A DNA stretch of 64,000 bases from Bugula neritina (taxonomy: Eukaryota > Animalia > Bryozoa), in contig OZ037769.1 in the NCBI GenBank assembly GCA_964035545.1, positions 11,686,633 to 11,750,632 of the forward strand, in the 5' to 3' direction. The notes under the pieces were generated by a model. It worked only from the letters and a program-made list of their open reading frames with translations. It did no database searches and had not been told where the DNA came from. The first letter of the stretch is position 1; each line of letters starts with the position of its first letter. A program made the position numbers and the translations under genes. This document shows, piece by piece, positions 1 through 13,100 of this stretch.

Positions 1-1122
1 CAGTCCGAACATACTAGGTGACCAAATGATTATTGCGTGAAAGCATGAGTTGGAGCAAATGCTTTGAGCATAGGTACTAAGTGAAAAGTAACATGGCCAG
101 AAAGAATTAAAACAATCAAATAAAATGATAATTATTAGTATACGAGCTGCAGGCTACGCCTAACGTAGGTTTTTCTGTCTCATTGATTTGAGTGATATTA
201 GAGAAGCGTTTATTTACCTCTCCAAAGATGCAACATTACGTTGTGTGATTTCTCTGCATGTACAGTAAAGCAAAGGCACCAGCTCAAGTCACTTGCTTCC
301 ATTATTCAATTCTAGTTAGTTTTGATAAGTGTTTGGCCTTTAGTATATTTCTACAGGCTAAACTGATGAGACAACTTGAACAGTGTGTCTTCTATTAATA
401 GATTTTATGTATAGCTGTTTTTGAAATAAACTATTTGTAATGACTTTTGTTACATGATTTCTACTTGTATTTAGATGATTTTAGAGATGTGAGCTGGTCA
501 TGCATATCTGTCTATTTTAATACTGCCCTGCGATTTTATTTCTTCTATCAAATCTTTTCCACGATCTCTAGTCTGCACATTCTATGTGAAACTAAATCAT
601 GAATCAATAATAAGTTTATTAAATTATATGTATTTTTACTTTGTGCTGGAGTAACTTTCAACATAGTTGTACTTTAAAGCTATAGTGAGAAGTTATAATT
701 TAATGGAATTGGCATAATTCTATGATTTCAAATAAATATTCTTGAGAAATGGAAATAAAATAACTGAAAGACTTGAATAAAACTTCTCACTCTACCGCAA
801 TCCAGTTGATAAAAGCAGAAAAAATAAAATCAAATGCTCCTATTAGACTTGCAACATAGAAACCACAATGGAATGCACAATCAAAACATAATTATAAAAT
901 TATATATAATACTTTCAGTGATTATGTAATAAAAAACAAGCTGATTATGTCAAAGTCAACAATGAATGAAATGTTTTTAGAGGAAATATAAAAGCTGATG
1001 GTAAATGTTTACCAATAAGCTAGAATAGTAATGATTAAAATGGCACTTCTGTAATTTCAGCACGGCTCTACCGGTCATCACTACTTCAAACAAACAACCA
1101 ACATATCTTCATGTCCGATGTG

Positions 1123-4100
1123 CTAAGAAGTCGGAAAGGTGAGAGTAAGACCTTCATTTGGGTCTACAAGGCGGGTGCTAGGTACCCTGCCCTGAGATGA
1201 CTCGTCACTAGTAGTAGAATCTCTGCTAATTGATCTGCCGTTGACAACCAGACTGGAGTTACCTGAAAGGTATGCAGCAGCAAGTGAAAATCTCAAGTAT
1301 ATGTGAGACATCAAGCTGAATCCTTAACCATTACAGGAAGTTGACTAATAAACATAAGAAATGTAAGAACAAAGACCATGCAACAAGATAATACAACTAT
1401 AGTTTTAGCATCCTGTACCTCATGTGGTTATATGTTATTACAGTTATATTAGAGACAGCAATAGACAAACTAGTAGAAGTTAGAATATAGTCTGCTACTG
1501 ATAATTATCTACACAATTTCTAAAACATATAACCACACATCAGAATTTACCATAGACTCAATAGAAGCTGCAGTCTGCCTATAATTTTACAGAATACTCA
1601 ATTCCATCTCATGTATATACATCACAGTAGTGGAAAGAGCTTCAGTAATTAATTTTTATGCCTTTGACAAAGGCTCACATACAAGAAAAGACAATTCTCA
1701 AAATAGAAAAAAAGTGGCTTTAAAGTTGAAATTGAGATATTTCGTAGCCGCTTAGACAAGTTTCTGAAGTTTTCAAATTTAGCTGTGATGGTAAATAATA
1801 GGTGAGCCTATTCTAGCTTTAAAAACAACATTGTTGGATGAAATTTAACACTAGTTTCTACCTCACAAATTGTTTATTTTACAAATTTCTATTTTATGAA
1901 TGTGAATAACAAAATCAAATATGCTACAAAGTGTGTCAATCTCACACTCGGCATGAGACAAGCTGATCTCCCATAGACTACGTACCCAACATTTCCTTGA
2001 CCCCTGACAGCTTCCTCTGTCTAATAGAGTTGATACGTCTAGAGAGCCAAGCAGCCTTAGACATCGGCCTCATGTCAACGTGCACAAAGATGGAGGCTGG
2101 ACCTAGGGCTATTCCTTCACTAGACTCCAACTTTATATGTCTGTAGCCTATGAACATACAGATTTACATGTTGAGTATAAATTCACTGTACAATGATCTG
2201 TATTTTATAAAAAAAAGTTAGTAATGAAAGGCTGAATCTAGTGGTCTAGCTTTGTTGTCTCAGATGGATGTTTATTAATATTGAGAATTAAGTTTAATTT
2301 TATTTTGCTGATAAATATGTTGGTCGATTGCTCAGGTTTTAAAAGTGTATTTAATTTGATATACTGAATTTGCATTAAGTTATAATAATAAATAGAAATT
2401 GTTTCCCATCATTGAAAGGTTTAAGAATCACCCACTACGTCTACTATAAGGCTGTGTGCATTATGAGAACAAGTTTTCTTCTACAATAATGAAGGTTTAA
2501 ATAACTCCTTACAGTTTCTTACGATTAGTTTTGCTATTTTATATACTGATTGTTATTCTTAGACTTTACACTTACTTTCAAACTTTCTAAAACTTGAATG
2601 ATACCAAATATAAGCATTTATCTAGTGACCAATAATATACAATATAGGCGACATATTGTTTTAACAATATACACCGTATTAATAATACATATTTTCAATT
2701 CCTCATGAGTTCCCATAATTAGCAACCAGGAGCCCTAAACCAGAGCTCTTGGTGAAGGTTCTGGAACACTTGCATACGAAGTACGTTTGCCCTCACCTTG
2801 CTGCAAACTATGAGCTGGGAAACTGCATTGTCCAATCATATCGTTTGAAGTGAGAGTTTGGTAGTCCTTGACATTGATTCGTAGCATAGCGAGCTCGGGA
2901 ACTGACAAATGGAACTCAAATGTTTCGCCCCAACGAGGGTTCAGACCTGCAGATATAATGACAGAACTGGTTCATCATATACAAAGTATGTGTATGTATT
3001 TACCTCCAACAGAAGTAGCAAGTTTTTGGTACATTATGTCCTTTTACTATAGGTGTAATTTCTAGCTTATTTATATGGTAACTACATTCACTTGATTTAA
3101 CAGCTTCAATGTTTAACGTAGCCTATAAGTGTCAGATTTAAAATATGTGCCACAATCTGCAAATAACAAAATACTCCCATTGCTTCCATTATGTCTAGTA
3201 TTTAGTGAATTCAGAGTAGAGATAAAGCTAGATAGTCTGCATCATCACTGGCTCTGAAACAAACTAACCGTTGTCTGTGATTGCAGCTGTTTTGAATTCG
3301 GCGCAATCTTCTTTCACTCCGTAAACCTCAAATTTGACGTAAGGATCCACCAAGTCGGAGGAGTTTTCTTCCCCTTCTGGTTTAGGAAGGTGAGCTCCAG
3401 ACAGAATCTGTTTGTATTATTATTATATTATGTTATATTACTAAATAATATATTATATATTATATTATAATATATTTTATTATTACAACATTATATAATA
3501 TTATTTTAATATATTATACCATTACACTATTAATACTTTAATATAGTTTTACCTGCATAATATAGAGACTCTGATACAGTTTTACCTGCATAGTATTGAT
3601 ACTGTGATATAGTTTTACCTGCATAGTATTGATACTGTGATATAGTTTTACCTGCATAGTATTGATACTGTGATATAGTTTTACCTGCATAGTATTGATA
3701 CTGTGATATAGTTTTACCTGCATAGTATTGATACTGTGATATAGTTTTACCTGCATAGTATTGATACTGTGATATAGTTTTACCTGCATAGTATTGATAC
3801 TGTGATATAGTTTTACCTGCATTGTGACAGCCTGGCCCCACACTTCAGGGAATGAATCAGCTCTGGGATTGAATGAGGTGTTTGGATCAGTTAGAAAGGA
3901 GGGCTTCAGCAGATAGCCACATGAACCGTTGTCCTTGAACTTGCCTCTGAACAACTGCATCTGACGATCAGGTGTTTGGAAATTTAGTGAAACTGAAAAC
4001 GTATCACAATAATATATTGTTTATTACATAGTGAAACAGAAAATATATAATATTTTCTACGTTAGAGTATTGCATAATAATTGATGTATTTGTTGTATAA

Positions 4101-7100
4101 TAAATAAGCCACTGGTTCATTTAAGTTTTACCATTTAATAGCACATTAAAAACCCAAATGTTCACTTGAAGTGTAAAATTGAGCAATGGACCAATCAGAT
4201 AGTGTGCTTCTACCACTGTGTGCCTATCACTCGAAACACATATCCTAACTGACACCCCACATATTCAAATAACATACCTAAGTGACACCTCACATATTCA
4301 TATAACATATCTAACTGACACCCCACGTTCCACATGACATACCTAACTGACACCCCACGTTCCACATAAAATACCTAACTGACACCCCATACATCCACAT
4401 AACATACCTAGCTGACACCCCACGTTCCACATAACATACCTAACTGACACCCCACGTTCCACATATCGATAGGGTTGTAGTTACTGGAGTCCGTCCGAGT
4501 CCCGGCAGGATATATTCTACAGATCTGCAGATTCGTGTGCTTCACAAACTCCCCGGCCTCATCGTCTATCAGTTTCAACGCCTTCTTCTCTGAGTACGAA
4601 GACATCTCGTAGGGTTTACCTGTCAAAATAAAATGATGTACAGCTTGGCATCACATGACTTGGGAATACTACTATCTGATGGGGGCACAACTCTCATCTG
4701 TGATGATTTTCAAATTGTATTACTTGCTTAACAACATTGCTAGAAGATAATTGGAAAGAGTTAGCATTGCCTATTGTTTACAAGCCAATGTTTACTTTGC
4801 TTCATTAGGAGTTGTCTTGCTACAGCTTTTCAGACACTGTGTGTGTGAGTGTGTGCGTGTGCATGTGTGTGTTCGTGTGTGCGCGTGTGTGTGTGTTGTG
4901 TGTGTGTGTGCGCGCGTGTAACATAAACTATAATTAATCAATTTATCAGCGGCCACAGCAAAAGTCCAAATGTAATTACCTTGCTTGCGCACTGCTGCAA
5001 ACCCGTGGAAAGAAACACTCTGTATATATGTTACAAGGTTAGACAACTCTGGAGCTAATTTGATTTTCCCTTTCTTCTTCTTTTGATTGAGCATTTCCTT
5101 GACCTGAAGGTCGTCGGAGGTCGTTGAGTTCATTTCATCGTCAGAATCTTCTTCTGTCACTTCAGTCACCCCAGCGGGCAGTTTCCGACACTAAAAGATA
5201 CAAGTATCTGTTTATTACAACGTCAAACTCGAGGTCACTTTCCTCTTATGACTCACAAATTTGTTCAGATACAGTGGTTATAATAGTTTACATATAAGGA
5301 GGCAGCCATGGTCTAGGGGTTAGAGCCTTCGCCTAGTAAACACGAAGTCATGGGTTCGAACCCAGTAAAGGCCATTTGTGATGTTAGGAAGAGCACCCAG
5401 TCACAATTGCTCCTGTGCCTCATTCGAATAAGTTTTTAGCCCGATTTAACAGAAACCTCTTCCATCAGGGGTTTCTCACAGGGATGATGACCATAAACTT
5501 GTATGAGTGAGTTATAATAGTTTACATATATATAAAGTATCAATGCCATACATGATAATGGATGACACGGGAGATACACCTGTTATCCATACTATCAGTG
5601 TAATTTCAAATAGTCTTATAACTATAAATTTGCAGCAAGAAGATATCGAATGTAAACCAATGGAGGTCTAACTCTAATTCAAGGATAACTCTGATCATGA
5701 ACTTACAACACTCATGCGTATTATTCACAGAAACAGAAATGACATTTACAAACATGCGAGTGATGTCTTTAATAATAAAAGTGGTATTTATAATGAGGGG
5801 TAATGCATGGTTCTCAACTATTGCCCAATTGACACACGTAGAGCATGGAAATCTGATCAACACGTCACTGGCTGCAAGGTTGCAAATGGTACGAAACGAA
5901 CCTTTATCAATATCTTTCCTTTCAACTGTTCAGGAGAAGGCAACTGCTTGATGTCAGGGTTCACGGGGTCAGTATGCAGCATGTCTAAAATAAAACAACT
6001 TATGGACGGACAAAATAATATGACTCAGTTGTTACAGCTTAATCACACAGACAAAAGACTAGATATGGCAATGGAGAAGGTAACCACTGGAAGCTTTAAT
6101 ACAGATGTAAGAGCCGGTAGTTGTAAGTTTAAGGAGCAAGATGTCTGCCAAAAAGATGACAAATTCAGCATTGTCGGGACGAGTTTAGTTGTATTATAAT
6201 GATGCGTGACTGGCCAATTTATTATGCAACAACTCATTCACTTGGGGTTATAGTCACTATCCCTGTGAGAACTCCTGATGGAAAGAATTTTTTTATAAAT
6301 CGGGGTAAGGACTTATTCAGATGAGTACAGGAGAAATTATGACTAAATGCTTTTCCTAACATAGCCAATGGTCATTACTGAGATTCAAACCACTGACTTT
6401 GTGCTTACTAAGACAATGTTCTAACCCCTAGACCACGGCTGCTCCTTTGGCCAGTTTACTATATACTGGTGAGGTAAAGGAGGAGATATCAGGGTGATCA
6501 ACAAAAGTAACTAACAGATGAAAAGGTGAATAAACAAATAATATATATGCTTTAATTAGCCTGTGAAAAAAGTTAATTAAAGATAAAAAGCTAGTGAATA
6601 ATATATAGTTTTCAATACTATTGTAGTTGACCTGAGCCTATGAGAGAAATATAGGAGCTAGAATGTGATACACTGGACATGACTGCCCAACTAATATGAC
6701 TGTAAATGATCTCAACTTACCACCAAGATTGTCTTTGAGTATTTGAGCCATGATTTTCTGCTGTTCTATAGAACAATGGTTTTCTAAAGACAGTATTAGA
6801 GGATATCTGCAACAAAACAGTAGTAGTTGTAGATCAATGTGAGTGAAAATCAATCCAGTTAAGATTTTACTGGACTGACCATTGCACCTGCACCATCTTG
6901 CAAACTATCTAGTGAAACTGAAAGTTGTAGGCTGAGATTGAATAAATTCTGATTCTACAAATGACTATAAACAGGTGACCCTTTACAAACGACTTGTAAA
7001 GGCTCTACCCTTGCATGAGGCATAAAGATATGAGAAAGTAAGAAAACAGTTTCAGGTTTTTCATAGCATTGGTTTCAGTGAATACTTACTGCAGCAAAAT

Positions 7101-10100
7101 TAGCGTTTATTGAAATAAAGCAAGCAGACTACGAAATGGAATGCTTAATCTAAAACTAGAATCATTAGTATTGCAAAACTCTCCGAATTTGTTAAATTCT
7201 AGTGGTATTTGCACTTCTTCTATGACAATTCAAGAAAAATTAAAAGAAGAGATAAAAGCCAATACTCTCAATACTTACTGTGTTTTAAAGAATGCATAAA
7301 CTCGTATAGCATCCTCAATAATGTCTTTAAATAGGATTCTACTAGTCAAAGTGTAACCGTGATATACTTGGGGGCCATTGTCGCCATCCCAACAGTCCAC
7401 TATAAGTAGTCAAAGAGGCTATGACACATTATAACAAGTACCACATGGTGCAAAGTGACATGTAACATTACTCTAATGTCCAAAAGACTCGGCATTAACA
7501 TACAATTTAATGTCACCTTACGTAGCAATAGCGATAACTCATAAAGTGTAAAGAGCTAGTGATGACATAAAGTGCAAGTAACTACCGATGACTCGTACAG
7601 TGTAAGTAACCAGTGATGACTCATACAGCGTAAGTAGGCAGATTCTCAGTGACTTACATTCAACGCAACGACAACCAGACATGAGAGCTCTGATGTAGCC
7701 TTCAATACTGCTGGGTCCTCGTAACTGATCCTCTATTAGGTATCTATAAACAAGTATGAATACGTGTTGTAGTGATGAGTTTACCCAGTGGTCCCCGTGG
7801 TGTAATGGTTAGCAGACATGCTTGCAAGCCAGAGGTCTCAGGTTCGATTCCCAGTTGGGGCAATTATTTTTTACGTGTCATGTGACTGTGTGAATACATG
7901 TCATATGACTGCAGGTCATGTGATATTACACCATGTGACAGCAAGAATATGTGTCATGTGACAGCTTGGATTCATGTCATGTGACAGCTTGGACACATGT
8001 GATGGAATGGACGTATGTCCTGTGACTGAACATGCACACTGGGACGTAAAGTTGTGATACGACTAGCGTAGAGTGACGTACGTGTTGTGTGACGAAGAGA
8101 TGAAGTAGCTAGTGAGAGGTTGAGTCATGTCCTGATACACTTCATTATGCTCACAGTTCCGGATGTTCATCATGTTGGAGCTCAGCAGCAGCAGGAAGCC
8201 GTTCTTAGAGAGATGATGCTGCGATCTCTGAGACATCTTTGGTTCATATTTTTCAATTAGTTGTTTGGTGAGCTCTTTGGAATAGTTGTACTACAGTACA
8301 GAGTAAGTTATACTAAAGTATAGAGTAGTTATACTACAGTACAAAGTGGATATACTACAGTATAGAGTAGATACACTACAGTACAGAGTAGATATACTAC
8401 AGTATAGAGTAGATATACTACAGTATAGAGTGGGTATACTATAGTACACAATAAGTTATACTACAGTAAACAGGAAGTAAAGATGACTTACCCCTTGAAT
8501 ACTGTTCATAAAGTGCTGCACATCTTCGATGCTCATCCAGCTTTCAGATGCCTGAACACTGGAATGTGAGCTCCTTTCACGTGACGCAAACCTAGCAGAA
8601 GAACACATGGAATTTATAAATCTTCTCCACAACTAGACTAAAATATGTATTAATTTATTTTTACTATTAAAACCTGTCAAGTCATTTGAACATTTCACAC
8701 TAAACTTACATATGTTGGTTCTTGAACACACATTAGGTACTCTAAGTTACACTTACACTTACTGAACCTTGTATACTAATGACTAGGTTTGAGTCCTATT
8801 TTCATGGTGAATATAACTTAAATACAATAGATTAAAACGCATTAAATTAAATCAAATAAATCATTAATTTATATATTAAATTCTATCAATTTAAATATAG
8901 ATTTATAGATGAAACTTAATTAATTTAAATACCAGTTTATAAATTAAAGCATCATACTTACTGTTCAAACAATTCTTCAATCTCATGACGTTTACAGATA
9001 TCGTGATAAAATGTAACAAACTCCTCCAGATTCAGTGTGTCGTTACCCTTTAAATCTTTAGTTTTGTCTTTGTCTGCATTCTGTTAAAATGTGAACACAT
9101 TAGAGATCCCTTTCATGGGCGGGCGACACACAAATTTTAGGCTATAATTGAGCAAAGAATGTAGAGCTTACTAGAATTAGGTAAAAGCCAAAAGTATGAA
9201 AAATCCGATCTAAAATGTTTCAGGGTATTAAAAAACTGTAGAGATGTGCTTAGGGCACAATTTATACAGATATACTCCTGGAAAAAAAAACTTTCATGAT
9301 ATTGGTTAAAAACAAATGTTATACTATAAACTGGCTAGCTCTACAAATATTATGATAAGGTTCACACACACATTACTGCTATGCCCCGACCGACCCTCCA
9401 TGCAATGATGATACGATTCTCAGTCTAACAAAGGGAACACACAAACCCAGTGCACACAGTAGAACTCAGTTAAAGAATTCCTGACACACTTTACTTATAT
9501 AGCATGAAAATATTCATCTATGTCTTGGCTATTATTTTAACACTCTTTTAGGGTTTCAGGTCTAAACAATTTTGTTTTATAACAATTTTAGTGCATGCAT
9601 GTCCAAAAAACTTCCAGAATTTTTTTCGCCTTTCTGTGACGTATTACACCGCAGTTGCGAGAAATAGATGGAAATGCCGCCTGTAAGACATTCGGAAAAT
9701 AAATATAGGCTATATTTTCCGTTGCATGTAACCTTAGTTTTAGCATTTTTAATTTATCGGACGTCTGTCTAGCCCCCCAATTAGTGTTTTTTTGTGGATT
9801 TTAGGTTTTATTTCATAAACAAATTTCGCGGCAATAAAGACATAGCTACCAACTTTAACTTACCGTGTCCGAGTCTGTGCAGTGTAATTGTGATAAAGTT
9901 AAATCTAATACAGAAATAACATAAATACGATATCAATATGAACATATCTGGCTCTGACGAAGAATACTTAGAGCACAGTGAGAATCGCAATGAGTATGAC
10001 TATGACAATCACACTCACGCTGTCACTGAGATTTCTGAAGTAACTGTAATGGGCTATCAGTATCAGTTTGAGCCGTTTACGTATCAAGATGAAAATGGAG

Positions 10101-13100
10101 ATGATAGTCATGACAAGGATTTTAATGTTACTGATGAGCAACAGGTGATAATAATTATAGTTTTACAGTATCAGTACGATTTAATTTTATAAACTATAGT
10201 GTTACTAATAGTAGTACTAATACCGTAATACTAATAGTAATACTTTAACTTTAAGTTATAAGTATAACTATAAGCTAGTATAAGTTATAAATTATTATAA
10301 TTATAATATTTAATTTTCATTTTGTAATCGTAATGCCAATGCTCAATGCCAATGCTCGTATTGATCCTGGCTTAATTAGTTAATATAGCTGAGTTTTGTG
10401 CTACTAAAGCTTTAGAGCAAGCATAATATCAAATTACAAGCTAAATATTTGATGATTGCTATCAGTTTATATAATATTATTAATAATAAAGTGATAGTGT
10501 GGTGGCTCGTGGAGCTACCAGCAACACAATACGCAAGGTTGCGTATTGACCCGGAACAATGTATTAGCCAATTAGCTAAGCTGTTTTATAAGTAATAGTA
10601 GCCGCTTCGCGCTACTAGCTCAGTTGAGGATAGTGCTGTAAACTAAATAGACGTGCGTATCATTACTGTTGTACATTGGACTTTTATTATGTATTCTTGT
10701 ATTAAATATAACGATATCTACTCGACTTAACTGGTGAAGTTTCTCTAGTGATAAATAGACTCTCTTGGTGGCACATCAACCCTAAATCTGAAAAATATAA
10801 CAGTGGTGGCAGCGGTGGGATAGTGTATATCAAAGATGGAGACTGAAAATGCTAGAATGCAACCACCCCCAGTAGAAGGTGAGCGTAGAAATGCTGTTAA
10901 TCCTGTGAATCGTGAAGGAGAAGAAGCTTATAGACATTGCTTGAAAGCTCCCACCTTTACTGGGTCGGAAGATGTCGAACAATTTATACAAGAATTTAGA
11001 GAGGTTAATGGAAGTTGCTCAATGGCCGCATAGAGTGGCCCTCATTCAATTGCGGAGAGCGGTGACGGAGCAAGCCAAGCCGTACGGAGTGGGAACGGAC
11101 GTAGACGGCATACTGGCTGCGCTGCGGGCCCGTTTTGGCACCTCCGTCATAGACGCTAGGACCAAGCTGGAGAGATTGTGCCGCACCCCGCGGACCTCGC
11201 TGCAAGAACATGCCGCGACGGTGAAGAAGCTGGCGCAGATTGCATATAGCGATCTGCCAGCACAACACCAAGAGCGTTACACCTATGACGCCTTTGTCCA
11301 GTCCCTAAACGACCTGGGCCTAGACCATCACCTACGAGCTAAAGGGATAACCAGAATAGAGGATGCCCTGAAGGCTGGAGAAGCTTACCTGTTGGCTACC
11401 CAAATGCATCGAGCACAAAGGAACCCCCCAGTAGTTGGAGTCAGCGCTGCCAGGGCTACGACAGGCTCCGAAGCCCTCCCGCTGGAAGCCGAAGTGGACC
11501 GCATGGTAGAGATGCTGGGACAATTGGTAACCATTCTGGCCGGTGCTGGCCCCGGTCAGGCCTTACGGATGCCCCCAACATCTGTGGGGCAGGGCTGGAG
11601 TAGCGCTGACCAGGACCAGGGACAGAAAGGACGACCCCAATACCAGGGGGCGTTAAACTGTCACGGCCCGCGGACACACTTCCTCCCCGCGGGCCGCAAC
11701 TAAAGGAGTATGGTGGAACGCGCCGTCGTTTGTCCGTACGGACACGGCGGAACATTCCACCTGAGTGGCAGGTACCACGCAAGACTAGTAGGCCCGCACA
11801 ACGGCCCAGTACCTTCTCCCTGCCACTCGCTAACCGGTTTCACCGGTTACCTCGGGAAGAGGAGCCCGCCACTGAAATGGAGCCGGAAGGCCCAGTGGAG
11901 AGGCCCAAACCCCGCCGGCACCAACCTCGCCGCCGGAAGCCCCGTAAACCGCGGGTGAAACCCCCGCCGTCCTGTCAAACCAGGACAGCACATGCGGGGG
12001 GGGCTGAAAGTACAACCACATGGAGAGAGCTATTTCCTACCCGGAAAGGTGGCCGGCAACGCCGTCACTTTCCTGCTCGACTCCGGTTGTACTACCAACC
12101 TTCTCAGTCGTAGAGTCTTTGAGGCACTGCCCCGCCGGGACAGAGATAGAGTACGACCGTATACTGGGGAACATGGCACCCTGGCAGACGGGTCATGTAT
12201 CCCCTTTTATGGTATTATCGAGCTCCCTGGGCGTGTCCGAGATCAGGCTGTACAGGAGACCTTTGTCATAGGTCAACTGGAAGAAGATGCTATCCTCGGA
12301 ATGCCCTTCTTGAAGCAACACCAGTGCCGAATAGATTTCAGTAAGTCGGTGGTGCTAATGGGCGGGCAAGAACTCGCCTGTGTGGATAAGTTTGGGCGTC
12401 CCCTGGTGGGCGGTGTTCAGGTAGTTCGGAACTGCACCGTACCCGGACGCTCCAGAGCTACTATCCACTGCCGAGTGAACAGCAACCAGATAGCCAGGCT
12501 CGGGGTCGTTGAAAGCGCGCACGAAAAGATCCAACTCGCCAGTAGTTTAAACCGACTAACTGAGCGAGGGGAGGTCTTAGTGCAGTGCGTCAACCCCTTT
12601 ACCGAGCCCATTGAGCTCCCAGCTGGGTCAATGCTGGGCCGGTTCCATTCCGTCCAGGAAAAGGACGTGGGCCCGTCGCTGGGTGACGCGACGGAGGCAC
12701 CCCCTCGACACCCTATTCAGGGACGAGGGGCAGTCCCAACACATCTCCGGGAGTTATACGAAACAGCCAGTGGCGGCTGCGCGAGTAACAGAGAACGCCA
12801 AGCTATGGCCAAGTTACTACGCGACTACGGTGATGTGTTCAGCAGCGGAGAGCATGACGTGGGACTGACTGGAATTGTCAGACACGAAATACCGCTGACT
12901 GCAGGGACAGCCCCTGTCCGGCAGCCCACGCGCAGGCTGGGGCCGGAGAAAGAGAAGGAGGTTAGCCGACAAGTACGGGATCTTCTGGACCGGGGACTGA
13001 TAGAGCCCGCCCATAGTGCGTGGAGCTCGCCAGTCGTACTGGTCCGGAAGAAAGACGGCAGTTGGCGGTTCTGTGTGGACTACCGCAAACTCAATAGCGT

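Noticed and set aside
3530-3841. Regular 33-bp and 32-bp repeats resembling CRISPR arrays or repeat proteins
   Set aside because: No unique spacers and eukaryotic intronic context; they are head-to-tail minisatellites.
5606-6237. Cluster of ORFs including the 130-aa plus-strand ORF 5807-6199
   Set aside because: No recognisable motifs; it overlaps the antisense of the real PLC exon 5902-5984 and has stops upstream.
7791-7862. Functional tRNA-Ala gene
   Set aside because: Acceptor, D and anticodon stems do not pair properly; kept only as tRNA-like.
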